64,000 nt of DNA from Eledone cirrhosa (GCA_964016885.1 OZ024760.1:5456001-5520000), one strand, 5' to 3'. Shown: positions 11,592 through 23,819, counted from the stretch's first letter. Made by a program: numbers and translations. Notes: a model not told the origin generated them from the letters alone.

Positions 11592-12580
11592 TTTTTATGT
11601 CTTCTTCTTCGTCCACTTATTCCTGAAAGGGTCTTCAGGCTCTCCTTCCGGAGGGGTCCTGTCAGAAACAACTGCCTCTAATTGATCAGGCCAGCTAGAT
11701 CCCCAAGGGAGACCAGCCAAGCACACAGATGTTATCCAACCAACATGCTCATGATCTAACCCTGGGTCTCCTGTCGGTTGGTTTGGCCCATAAAATCTGT
11801 CCAGTGATTCTTTCCTGAGACATTCTAACCACATGCTCATAGTATCAGAGCTGTGACCTCTCAATTTGGTGAAGTAGTGTCTCAAGTTGGAGTCACTCTC
11901 TGATCTCTGAGCAACAAAGCTGTCCACTGATTCTTTCCTGGGACATTCTAACCACATGCTCATAGTATCAGAGCTGTGACCTCTCAATTTGGTGAAGTAG
12001 TGTCTCAAGTTGGTGTCACTCTCTGATCTCTGAGCTACAAATCTGTCCAGTGATTCTTTCCTGAGACATTCTAACCACATTCTCATAGTATCAGAGCTGT
12101 GACCTCTCAATTTGGTGAAGTAGTGTCTCAAGTTGGAGTCACTCTCTGATCTCTGAGCTACAAAGCTGTCCAGTGATTATTTCCTGGGACATTTTAACCA
12201 CATGCTCATAGTATCAGAGCTGTGACCTCTCAATTTGGTGAAGTAGTGTCTCAACTTGAAGTCACTCTCTGATCTCTGAGCAACAAAGCTGTCCACTGAT
12301 TCTTTCCTGGGACATTCTAACCACATGCTCATAGTATCAGAGCTGTGACCTCTCAATTTGGTGAAGTAGTGTCTCAAGTTGGTGTCACTCTCTGATCTCT
12401 GAGCTACAAATCTGTCCAGTGATTCTTTCCTGAGACATTCTAACCACATTCTCATAGTATCAGAGCTGTGACCTCTCAATTTGGTGAAGTAGTGTCTCAA
12501 GTTGGTGTCACTCTCTGATCTCTGAGCTACAACGCTGTCCAGTGATTCTTTCCTGAGACATTTTAACCACATGCCCATAC
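11592..12580 (-). mobile_element. RTE LINE 3' end carrying a 123-bp tandem array (~6.4 copies, 11797-12580)
   Basis: Same family as 385-683 (shared ataagtggacg end); unit translates SSEIRE*.QLETLLHQIERSQL*YYEHVVRMSQERITGQ. Confidence 0.88.
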
Positions 12581-13044
12581 TGTTTTTTATGTATTTTATT
12601 TAATTATTATTTCTATTTTATGCTGGCCTTGTGCCAAAAATAGAAACAATTATTACTATTTTAATTTTTTTTAATAAAAAAGAAAAGCTGTTGGTTTGAG
12701 GGATTGGGGCTACTATTTCTAGGTAGATGAAGCGTCTATGTGATGATGATGATGATGGAATGTAGAAGTGGATCATAGAATAGGATCATAAAGGAAATGA
12801 CTTCACAAGGAAATCCATCAATATACAATACTTGATGATGTAGTGGTGGTGGTGGTGGTGGAGGAGGAGGTGACAGTAGTAGTGGTGATGGTGGTGTGGA
12901 AGTTGTAGTAGTGGCAGTGACGAGGATGTAGAAATATATGATGATGTTGATTGAGATGGTGGTGGTGGCGGCTACTGTTAATGTTTTTCTATTTTTATTT
13001 TAAAAATAAAATGTTTTAGAATGAATCTTTTTTAGGCTTGTCAG

Positions 13045-13215
13045 TAACTCCTCTCTCTCTCTCTCTACCTCTCCCTGTCTCTCTTTCTTCACTTCTCTCT
13101 GTCTCCCTCTCTTCACCTTTCTCTGTCTCTCTCTCTCCACCTCTCCCTGTCTCTCTTTCTTCACTTCTCTCTGTCTCCCTCTCTTCACCTTTCTCTGTCT
13201 CTCTTTCTCCACTTC
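13045..13215. repeat. CT-rich tandem duplication
   Basis: Repeated cctctccctgtctctctttcttcacttctctctgtc block. Confidence 0.8.
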
Positions 13216-13376
13216 TCTCTATATCTGTCACACTCTCTATTATCTATCTCTCTCCTATTATCTATAATACAAAAAAACAAACCAACCTTTTGTTCCCACT
13301 ATAAAATATTTGTGAGATGAGTGTGAAATAAAGAAAAAAATTACATTTCCTGGGATGTTTTGACTTCAGGAATGGT

Positions 13377-13490
13377 ACAGTCTGTAGAGTAGGGGAGAAA
13401 AAGGTCCCCTGGAGAGGGCTATAGCTCCGTTACATGCAGTCTGTAGAGTACAGGAGAAAAAGGTCCCCTGGAGTGGGCTATAGCTTCGTT
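13377..13490. repeat. 59-bp direct duplication
   Basis: cagtctgtagagta..gagaaaaaggtcccctggag.gggctatagct.cgtt occurs twice. Confidence 0.85.
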
Positions 13491-14116
13491 CCCTTTGTTC
13501 TCAGTTCAATTCCTGCCAAAATTGTTTTTTTAAGCTTCTTATCCTTTCGGGGGTTTGTTGATAAAATATGTAGATACCATATATATACTTGAATATAAGC
13601 CGACCCCTATATTTTATATCTGAGGAATGATAAAACCCCTTGTATAAGTTGAGGCAGTTAATCAACAGATTATGATTACATGGTGCAGTTTTGAAATTCT
13701 TGTGAGTGGAGAATACATTTATGAAGTTTGAATATATCTTGATATTTAAAATGTTTTAAATGTCACTTAGCGTATAGTTTTTTGTTTCACAACTCCATTA
13801 CATAACAATTTAAAAAAACATTTCCAACCCTTTTGAAGGCCATATTCATTCAAAACACATAAAAATCAAATTTCACATCCAAAGTAAAACCGGTGTAATA
13901 TTCCCTTCCAAAGTAAAACCGGTGTAATTTTCTATAAGATACAATCACATAGGAAGTCAGCTAAACCTATATAAGTATGAGCTGTGACTACAACATAAGA
14001 TTGGGGCCCCTATCATTAAGACACCCCCAAAATCTATAAGATATAACATTGGAAACCAGCTGAATCTATATATGTACGAGCTGTAACAACAATATGGTAG
14101 GACTGGGCCTCTATCA

Positions 14117-14466
14117 TTAATCATTTAGCGTTTACATTACTCTATATATACTATTGTATTTTCATGGTAAAGGCTTTATCTCACATAATATCGAATCTAT
14201 GAGATTTTGATATATTATTTATTTTGAGAACAATACCTTAACATCAGTATGTGTAGCAAGTTATGCCCAGTTTGGACAGAAAGAGGTGAGAGAATTTTGG
14301 CTGGGTGCGGCCGGTTTAAACAGAAAGAGGTGAGAGAATTTTGGCTGGGTACGGCCGGTTTAAACAGAAAGAGGTGAGAGAATTTTGGCTGGGTATGGCC
14401 GGTTTGAACAGAAAGAGGTGAGAGAATTTTGGCTGGGTACGGCCGGTTTAAATGCTAAAGAGTTAA
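14117..14466 (+). mobile_element. piggyBac-type MITE (family P1) with internal 44-bp x4 array
   Basis: TTAA at both ends; degenerate TIRs; repeated acagaaagaggtgagagaattttggctgggtacggccggtttaa at 14276-14450. Confidence 0.8.
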
Positions 14467-15114
14467 ACACGCCCAAAAACTATGATACAACATTAGAAAC
14501 CAGCTAAATCTATATAAGTGTGAGCTGTAACAACATTGTAAGACAGGGTCGCCTATCATTAAAACACGCCCAAAACCTATGATACAACATAAGAAACCAG
14601 CTAAACCTATATAAGTGTGAGCTGTAACTGTCACGCCTGCCAGTCTTACCTGGGGGACATTAAAATAGCAATAAAGGACACTGATTCTCAGTGTTAAAAG
14701 CCATAAATGTATATTTTTGACAACATATTCCCAGTATACTCAAGACATTGTATGAACCCATTACAACATATTACATCCCGTTCTGACATAATCTACTCAT
14801 CTACTTTTCTATTAAATGTCCAATTAATGGTCTCTCTCTGTCTGTCTGTCTGTCTGTCCTATGATAATAATTTACGTCTTATTGAACAATGCAGTAAGAT
14901 GATATAATAATAGTAGTAACACTAATAATAATATTAGTCACAGTTGTTAGTCATTTTTATATTGTTTTATTATTAATAGTTGCAGTTATTAGTCATTGTT
15001 TAATTTATTGACCGACAGACACAAAACCCAAGGCACAACACACAGATATATCAGCTCACCACAACCTGTCATGCAGTGGGTTTTTTCAGTGGCATCATAT
15101 ATCACCTCTTGCAT

Positions 15115-15215
15115 GCACATACACACACCCATATATATATATATATATACACATATATACATACACATGTATATACATATATATATATATATATATATAC
15201 ATACACTTCACACGC

Positions 15216-15246
<31 letters not shown>

Positions 15247-15418
15247 TATATGTATATATATATACACACACACACACACATGCATATATGTGCATATATA
15301 TATATATGTGTGTGTATATATATATATGTGTGTGTATATATATATATATATATGTATATTATATATATGCATATAGGTATATTATATACACACACATGTA
15401 TATAAATATATATATATG

Positions 15419-15496
<78 letters not shown>

Positions 15497-15505
15497 CATA
15501 TATGT
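15115..15505. repeat. (TA)n/(CA)n/(TG)n microsatellite
   Basis: Seen directly. Confidence 0.95.
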
Positions 15506-16605
15506 GGGTGTGGGTGTTTTTAAAGATGTCTTCTATTATTTTTAAGGATGTGACCTATTTCCTTATTAGATAATTTATTTGTTATTTTTAGACCAACAAC
15601 TTTCTTAAATGCGTGAGTCTATCTCTTCACATCCTGGAACAGAAAATATCCAAATAAAGACTTGTTAATTCAAATGTTTATAGTATGTTTATTAGTGGAC
15701 AGATTGTTGTGAAAATTTGCAGTATTATTTCTTAACATTCAGTAATGATTTAGAAAATATCTAAAACAGGTTTGTTAATTCAAATGTTTATAGTATCTTT
15801 ATTAGTGGACAGATTGTTGTGATAATTTGCAGTATTATTTCTTAACATCCAGTAATGATTTAGAAAATATCTAAAAACAGGTTTGTTAATTCAAATGTTT
15901 ATAGTATGTTTATTAGTGGACAGATTGTTGTGAAAATTTGCAGTATTATTTCTTAACATCCAGTAATGATTTAGAAAATATCTAAAAACAGGTTTGTTAA
16001 TTCAAATGTTTATAGTATCTTTATTAGTGGATAGATTGTTGTGAAAATTTGCAGTATTATTTCTTAACATCCAGTAATTTAAAAAATATCTAAAAACAGG
16101 TTTGTTAATTCAACTGTTTATAGTATCTTTATTAGTGGACAGATTGTTGTGATAATTTGCAGTATTATTTCTTAACATCCAGTAATGATTTAGAAAATAT
16201 CTAAAAACAGGTTTGTTAATTCAAATGTTTATAGTATGTTTATTAGTGGACAGATTGTTGTGAAAATTTGCAGTATTATTTCTTAACATCCAGTAATGAT
16301 TTAGAAAATATCTAAAAACAGGTTTGTTAATTCAAATGTTTATAGTATCTTTATTAGTGGACAGATTGTTGTGAAAATTTGTAGTATTATTTCTTAACAT
16401 CCAGTAATGATTTAGAAAATATCTAAAAACAAGTTTGTTAATTCAAATGTTTATAGTATCTTTACTAGTGGACAGATTGTTGTGAAAATTTGCAGTATTA
16501 TTTCTTAACATCCAGTAATGATTTAGAAAATATCTAAAAACAGGTTTGTTAATTCAACTGTTTATGGTATCTTTACTCGTGGATAGATTGTTGTGAACAT
16601 TTGCA

Positions 16606-16798
16606 GGTGGATTAGCAGTATTGGTAGAGTGTCAGTCAGACGCCATGCTTTCCAGCAATGAGTTATATCCCTTTCCGGACTGAGTTCAAATCCCGCCGAG
16701 GTTAACTTTGCCTTTCATCCTTATGGGGTCGATAAAATAAAGTACCAGTAATGCAGTGGGATAATTGCTGGCCTTGTACCAAATGTAGAAACAATTAT
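16606..16798 (+). mobile_element. near full-length tRNA-derived SINE (family 1)
   Basis: Head gtggattagcagtattggtagag, B box gagttcaaatcc, body and tail agaaacaattat. Confidence 0.85.
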
Positions 16799-16913
16799 CT
16801 TTTAAACATTCAGTAACGATTTAGAAAATTTCTAAAAACAGGTTTGTTAATTCAAATGTTTATAGTATCTTTATTAGTGGACAGATTGTTATGGAAATTT
16901 GTAGTATTATCTC

Positions 16914-17118
16914 TTAATCCTTTAGCATTCACATTACTCTATATATATTATTATATTTTCATGGTAAAGGCTTTACCTCACATAATTATCTCACATAATA
17001 TCGAATCTATGAGATTTTGAAAGTATTTATTTTGAACATCAGTTTGAGCGACCAGTTTCAACAGAAAAAGGTAGAGAATTCTGGCCGGTTTTGGCCGGTT
17101 TGAACATTAAAGGGTTAA
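16914..17118 (+). mobile_element. piggyBac-type MITE (P1)
   Basis: TTAA-tcctttagcatt..aacattaaaggg-TTAA, inserted at the single TTAA of the array motif tcttaacatcc. Confidence 0.88.
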
Positions 17119-17664
17119 CATCCTGTAACGATTAAGTAGAAAATATCTAAAAATGGGTTTGTTTCTAATGTTTATAGTAGCTTTAGTTTATCAACTTCTG
17201 GAAGGTTTTGAATTCAGAATGTAAAGAGTCTGAACAAATGGCCACGATTTACATTTAGTCAGACATTGTGGATCACCAAAGGCAATAGAAGTATCCTCTC
17301 CTAGGGTTTTTATTTCTTTTTCTCTTATTTCAGAACATCAGCGACAAGGCAGGGTGTTTTAATTGTTTTCCTATACAACACACAATGTTTAAAATTGAAT
17401 CAGCTGAGGGTGATAGATAGATGGATAGTGAGAGAGAGAGAGAGAGAGAGTGTGAGAGAGAGAGAGAAAGTTACTCCTCAATTTACCAGTTGAGAGTGTA
17501 ATAGACAGAGAGAGAAGGGGCTTAAGTTACCAGTTGAGTGTCAGCGTGAAAGATAGATGGAGAATGAGAGATATAGGAACCTCCTGTTACCAGTAGAGAG
17601 TGTCAGTGAAAGTGAGAGTGTGAGAGGCGGCAAGTTACCAGTTGTGTGTCAGTGATAGATAGAT

Positions 17665-18090
17665 AGTGTGTGTGTGTGTGTGAGAGAGTGAGTGTGTGTG
17701 TGTGAGAGTGTGAGAGTGAGTGTGTGTGTGTGTGAGAGTGTGTGTGTGTGAGTGAGAGTGTGTGTGTGAGAGTGTGTGTGTGTGTGAGAGTGTGTGTGTG
17801 TGTGAGAGAGTGAGTGAGTGTGTGTGAGAGTGAGTGTGTGTGTGTGAGAGTGTGTGTGTGTGTGTGTGTGAGAGTGTGTGTGTGAGTGAGTGTGTGTGTG
17901 TGAGAGTGAGTGTGTGTGAGAGTGTGTGTGAGAGTGAGTGTGTGTGTGTGAGTGTGTGTGTGAGAGTGTGTGTGAGTGTGTGTGTGAGAGTGTGTGTGTG
18001 TGAGAGTGAGTGTGTGTGTGTGTGAGAGTGTGTGTGTGAGAGTGAGTGTGTGTGTGTGAGAGTGTGTGTGTGTGTGTAGGTGTGAGAGAC
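17665..18090. repeat. (GT/GA)n compound microsatellite
   Basis: Seen directly. Confidence 0.95.
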
Positions 18091-18332
18091 ACTCTCAAGT
18101 TACACTCACACCCTGTTGTAAACCAAGATTTCCTTCCTGTTGTCAACCAAATATTTCTGGTGTTTGATGGAAACCTGACTTGGAGTGATAATTATGATGA
18201 TGACGATGATGATGATGATGGCTGCTGTGACACTCTGAAAGGATCCAACAGATTATATGAGATGGTGGGAGGGGAGGGGTAAGGAAAGGATGAGCAACAG
18301 AGGGAGAGATACAGGTGTTTGTATTGTGTGAC

Positions 18333-18662
18333 TATGATGATGATGGTTGTGATCATGATGATGGTTGTGGTGGTGATGGTGGTGGTGATGGTGGTGGTGA
18401 TGGTGGTGATGGTGGTGATGATGATGGTGATGGTGATGGTGGTGGTGGTGGTGGTGATGATGATGGTGGTAATGATGATGTTGATGGTGGTGGTGATGGT
18501 CATGATGGTAGTGATGATAGTAGTAATGATGGTGGTTGTGGTGGTGGTGGTAATGATGATGGTCGTGATGGTAGTGATGGTGGTGGTGGCGGCGGTAGTG
18601 ATGTTGATGATAGTGGTAGTGACAATCATGATGGTAATGATGATGATGATGACAGTAATGGT
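18333..18662. repeat. (GAT/GGT)n microsatellite
   Basis: Seen directly. Confidence 0.95.
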
Positions 18663-18849
18663 AGGATTACATAGAAACTTAATAAGAAACTCTCTGACAG
18701 AGAGAGAAACAGAAAGACAGACATACAGACAGACAGACAGGCAGGCAGACAGAGAGACAGACAGACACCTGAGAATCTTTTTTCTTTTTTTTGTTTGTTC
18801 TGTAATTCAATGCAGGTACTGGGTTTGTTATACAGCGGTGTGGCTGTTG

Positions 18850-19020
18850 GTGTTGCATTACATTGTACTGCATGCATCATGTTTATAGTGCAGTCTGCTG
18901 CTGATGCTGTGTTTTGGCGTAGATAGCGCAGTCTATTGCATACTTCCTGTATTGGTTTGGTGCGGTGGTGTCAGTGATTTGTGTGAGGGGGAGGAGTGCA
19001 TGGTTGAGGGGGCGGTGGAG
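18850..19020 (-). promoter_or_regulatory. candidate Pol II promoter (GC box, CCAAT, ETS, TATA) on minus strand
   Basis: GGGGCGG 19009-19015, ATTGG 18951-18955, ACTTCCTG 18942-18949, TTTATA 18882-18887 in canonical order for leftward transcription; motif evidence only. Confidence 0.25.
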
Positions 19021-20123
19021 TGGAGCGGGGGAGGGAGGGAGGTGATGTTGGAGTGGGACAGTGTGGTGGTGGTGGTGGGACAGAGGTGGTAGTGTGACGG
19101 TGAAGTGCAACAGAGGTGGTGATGGTGGTGGTGGTGGGAGTGGGGGTATAGTGGAGGTGGTGATGGTGGTGGGGGTGGATCAGAAGGGCAGAGACAGAGG
19201 TGACTGGTGGTGGTGGGGAGTAGGACAGGCAAAGCAGAGAGAGTGATTGTGGTGGTGTTGGTGAGTGTGGGGGGGGGGGGGCAGTAGAAAGAGAGAAGTG
19301 GTGGAGGGAAGTGGGGAATACAATGGGGGATGATGGTGGTAGGGATGGATGTGGGTTTGGGTAGTTAGATCATCCAACCACAGCAACCCAATACCTACAG
19401 TGTGTCAGTGACCCCTGTCTCCATTCAGCCCTTTCCCACCCCCTTTTAAGTGCTAGACATTTCTAGGTGGGGGGGGGGTCATGTTTCTCCAGAAACAGGT
19501 TACCTGTAAAATATAAATAATCTGAACTAAAGGAATTCTTACCTGTAAACTATCACCCCACCTCACCTATCAGCTCTCTTTTCTCCTCCACCCTCACCTC
19601 TCTCTCTATATATCTCTCTCTCTCTCTCTATCTGTCTCTCTCTGTCTATCATCTCTTACTCTATCCAGCTGTCTGTCTACCTATCTATCCATCAATCAAT
19701 TTATCTATTTGTCTGTCTCAGAGACACTTCCCTTACACAGTTCCTGTTGATGAACATGTGTAAAAAATACCAACACCTGTTAAAAGACAGGTAAAACAAC
19801 ACCTGTAGCTGTTTATTGATTATTATTGTTGTTGTGATGACTATTGCCATACCACCACCACTATTACTAGTTGGCCCGTGTGAAATAAGTTCTCAATGAT
19901 TTTCCTACTCAAAGAATCAGTGTAACATCATCTTTTCCGAAACACCTGGATAGGAGCAAATGGCAAAGAGGCAATTTTATTTTATAAAAAAGCTGAGTAT
20001 GTGAAACTCTACAGTGTTTTTCATGAGTTATATGTAAGGTTATGTAAACATGTATTCTGTTATATATCATTATTATTCAATGAGTTATACAGATGTATTA
20101 AAGTGATATAAAAATGAACTAAA

Positions 20124-21604
20124 TTAACCCTTTATCATTTACATTACGCTATATTTACTATTATATTTTCATGGTGAAGGCTTTATCTCACATAACATTT
20201 ACATTACTCTATATTTACTATTGTATTTTCAGTGTGAAGGCTTTACCTCACATAACATTTACAATACTCTATATTTACTATTATATTTTCATGGTGAAGG
20301 CTTTACCTCACATAACATTTACATTACTCTATATTTACTATTGTATTTTCAGTGTGAAGTCTTTACCTCACATAACATTTACAATACTCTATATTTACTA
20401 TTGTATTTTCAGTGTGAAGGCTTTACCTCACATAACATTTACATTACTCTATATTTACTATTATATTTTCAGTGTGAAGGCTTTACCTCACATAACATTT
20501 ACATTACTCTATATATACTATTATATTTTCATGGTGAAGGCTTTACCTCACATAACATTTACATTACTCTATGTATACTATTATATTTTCATGGTAAAGG
20601 CTTTATCTCACATAACATTTACATTACTCTATATTTACTATTGTATTTTCATGGTAAAGGCTTTACCTCACATAACATTTACATTACTCTATATATACTA
20701 TTGTATTTTCATGGTGAAGGCTTTACCTCACATAACATTTACAATACTCTATATTTACTATTATATTTTCAGTGTGAAGGCTTTACCTCACATAACATTT
20801 ACATTACTCTATATTTACTATTATATTTTCAGTTGAAGGCTTTACCTCACATAACATTTACATTACTCTATATTTACTATTATATTTTCAGTGTGAAGGC
20901 TTTACCTCACATAACATTTACATTACTCTATATTTACTATTATATTTTCAGTGTGAAGGCTTTACCTCACATAACATTTACATTACTCTATATTTACTAT
21001 TATATTTTCAGTTGAAGGCTTTACCTCACATAACATTTACATTACTCTATATTTACTATTATATTTTCAGTGTGAAGGCTTTACCTCACATAACATTTAC
21101 ATTACTCTATATTTACTATTATATTTTCAGTGTGAAGGCTTTACCTCACATAACATTTACATTACTCTATATTTACTATTATATTTTCAGTTGAAGGCTT
21201 TACCTCACATAACATTTACATTACTCTATATTTACTATTATATTTTCATGGTAAAGGCTTTATCTCGCATAACATTTACATTACTCTATATTTACTATTA
21301 TATTTTCATGGTAAAGGCTTTATCTCACATAACATTTACATTACTCTATATTTACTATTGTATTTTCATGGTAAAGGCTTTATCTCACATAACATTTACA
21401 TTACTCTATATTTACTATTATATTTTCATGGTAAAGGCTTTATCTCGCATAACATTTACATTACTCTATATTTACTATTGTATTTTCATGGTAAAGGCTT
21501 TATCTCACATAATATTGAATTTATGAGATTTTGATATTATATATTTTGAGAACAATACCTTAACATCAGTACGGATATGGCTGGTTTAAATGTTAAAGGG
21601 TTAA
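20124..21604 (+). mobile_element. piggyBac-type MITE (P1) expanded by an internal 60-bp array (~23 copies)
   Basis: TTAA-ccctttatcattta .. taaatgttaaaggg-TTAA; unit catttacattactctatatttactattatattttcatggtgaaggctttatctcacataa spans ~20136-21512. Confidence 0.92.
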
Positions 21605-21939
21605 ACATAAATGGACTTCACCTTTCATCTCCTTTACTGAACAGTTTTCATGCGAGTCTGTCTATGAACGCTTGACACTCTCCCTCTCTATATAAAGTGA
21701 ACGTGATGTCTTCTCTCTCTTTCTGTTACACACACACAGACAGACTCTCTTTAAACAAATGGTATTCCTTTTCTCTCTATCTATATCTCTTTCGCTTGGT
21801 GCTGCCCCCATCTATATATATAGATGGGGGCAACGTCATAACTTTCTGTCACCTCGAAAACACACAGCATTCCCTTTTCTCTTCCTCTCTATGTACATAT
21901 CTCTCGCTAGGCGCTCCTTCTCTCTATATAAAGGGATCA

Positions 21940-21998
21940 TGAGAAACAGAGGGAGGGACGGACGGACAGACTGACAGTGCCCTAATTATAATATAGAT
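21940..21998 (-). mobile_element. possible non-autonomous Helitron 5' end
   Basis: Reverse complement reads A|TCTATATTATAA..cagtctgtccgtccgtcc, a TC start plus GTCY microsatellite typical of invertebrate Helitron derivatives. Confidence 0.4.
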
Positions 21999-22009
21999 TA
22001 CTAATACTA

Positions 22010-22425
22010 GGGTGGTAGATTGGCAGAATCGGTAGAGCGTAGTGCACCATGCTTTGTGGTATACAGTTACGGCCCTTTACATTCTGAGTTCAAATACCAC
22101 TGAGGCTAGCTTTGTTTTTCATCCATACAGGATTGATAAAATGGAGTACCAGTATCACACTGGGGTGGAGTTAATCGACTTTCCCCATCCCCACAAATTG
22201 CTGGCCTTGTGCCTAAATCAGAAACCATTATTACGGATTGGCAGTATCAGTAGAAGGTCAGACACCATGCTTTACAGCATAGAGTTACGGCCCTTTACGA
22301 TCTGAGTTCAAATCCCACTGAGGTTAACTTAGCCTTTCATCCTTACGAGGTTGATGAAATAAAGTACCAGTAATGCACTGGAGTAATTGCTGGCCTTGTG
22401 CCAAAAGTAGAAACAATTATTATTT
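22010..22425 (+). mobile_element. two tandem family-1 SINEs
   Basis: Heads tggcagaatcggtagagcg (22021) and ttggcagtatcagtagaagg (22238), B boxes gagttcaaat, tails agaaaccattat / agaaacaattat. Confidence 0.85.
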
Positions 22426-23088
22426 TATCTTTTTTTATTTACCTTTTATTTTATTTTATTTTATTTTATTTTTTTTTTCAATTTCATTGAATATCTAGAA
22501 TAAAGAAAATACTGGCAGCATTTTTGGGAGATGATTCGGCATTAATTGTTTATTGTCTGCCGATTATGCCTGCTTTAGGAGCCCGGTATTCTGTTGATTC
22601 CCTATCCACTCTGTAAATATACCACCACTCACCCACCTTTACTCCCCCACCCAGTAAACATACCACCACCACCACCACACCAAACCTACTCCCCACACAA
22701 ATAATTTATTTTGAAAAAAAAAACATTTTTTTTTTTGTTTTTAATAATTTTTATAGCATTTCAGTTTTTGCAGGAATGCTTTTGCTTTTACACAACTGAG
22801 GGATTGAAAGCGAGAGAGATTATAGTTAGTTGTTCGACCTGCTAGAAATAACAGCCAACTCACATATTAAATAAAGAAACAAAGGTCACATTTGATATAA
22901 TGTAGTTGGTCCCTTTATATAACACACTAACACATATGTATACACAAACTCGCAGAATATACTGGAGACTTATACGTCGAGTGCTCACTTTGGTGAGTTC
23001 CAGATGATCCTGTATAGGGTAAAAGCAGAAATTCTTTGCTTAAACTTTAATCTGTACTAATAATAAATATTTTATATATATATATATA

Positions 23089-23220
23089 TATGAAAGACGT
23101 AAAATAAGAAAATTTTAAAAATTAAAAATCAACTTACTTACTAAAATTTTCACTTGGAGTGAAAATTTTAGTAAGTTGATTTTTAATTTTTTAAATTTTC
23201 TTATTTTACGTCTTTCATAT
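23089..23220. repeat. AT-rich foldback next to (TA)n
   Basis: atatgaaagacgtaaaataagaaaatt..ttttcact-tgg-agtgaaaa..aattttcttattttacgtctttcatat. Confidence 0.85.
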
Positions 23221-23434
23221 AATTGTTCTGCATCCCCCTGCATAGAACTACAAAGGTACTAAGACATAACATATATATTTGCTAGCATGGGTGTACATCT
23301 GTACACATATGTTGGTAGATATACTAATTCTCTCTATATATATATATATAGAAGTTATATTTAATTTGTTGGGATACAACAAGCAAATATTTTTATAACT
23401 GATATAAAGCACTCAACAAATTTTTGGAGTAAAA

Positions 23435-23594
23435 ATACAATATATTAACAAATGGAAACTATATTTATAAAACCATATTTATTTCATTATACATATTTCA
23501 AGGACACCATAATTTGCTTTGATGTCCTTGAAATATGTATAATGAAATAAATATGGTTTTATAAATATAGTTTCCATTTGTTAATATATTGTAT
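23435..23594. repeat. foldback whose arms carry GAAA-TATGTA-TA (half-hammerhead-like)
   Basis: Arms of ~70 bp that are exact reverse complements, around caaggaca..tgtccttg; GAAA at 23530-23533. Confidence 0.8.
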
Positions 23595-23654
23595 ATATAT
23601 ATGTATATATATATATATAATATAAGATCAAAAGATGGTTAAAAGAGTTCCATG

Positions 23655-23725
23655 TATTTTATTATGCGCATTTCAAAAACAAATATCATCATGGGATGAT
23701 ATTTGCGTTCTCATCAGATAAAATA
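23655..23725 (-). ncRNA. minimal type I hammerhead ribozyme (Penelope-like element type)
   Basis: Minus strand: UAUUUUAU-CUGAUGA-GAACGCAAAUAUCAUC(CCAU)GAUGAUAUUUGUUUUU-GAAA-UGCGCA-UA/AUAAAAUA; perfect 8-bp stem I, 16-nt stem II arms, palindromic stem III, AUA cleavage triplet. Confidence 0.8.
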
Positions 23726-23819
23726 GGGAGACATGATATGAAGCTTAAAAAACACTTGCGAGCAGTGAAGTGTTAAATCTACATATGACCTGGGATGAGG
23801 TGATAAAAGCCGACCTTAC

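Larger units (their letters stand above)
15662..17180. repeat. 111-bp tandem array (~10-11 copies), distal copies interrupted by a SINE and a MITE
   Basis: ttgttaattcaa recurs at 15662, 15772, 15883, 15994, 16102, 16213, 16324, 16435, 16546 and 16844. Confidence 0.95.

Noticed and set aside
20171-21526. Repetitive hydrophobic ORFs (VKALPHITFTLLYIYYYIF)
   Set aside because: Translation of the 60-bp MITE-internal array, broken by frameshifts.
22995-23035. ccagatga-tcct/aggg-taaaagc hammerhead-like string
   Set aside because: Both core boxes deviate and the stems are weak; could be chance.
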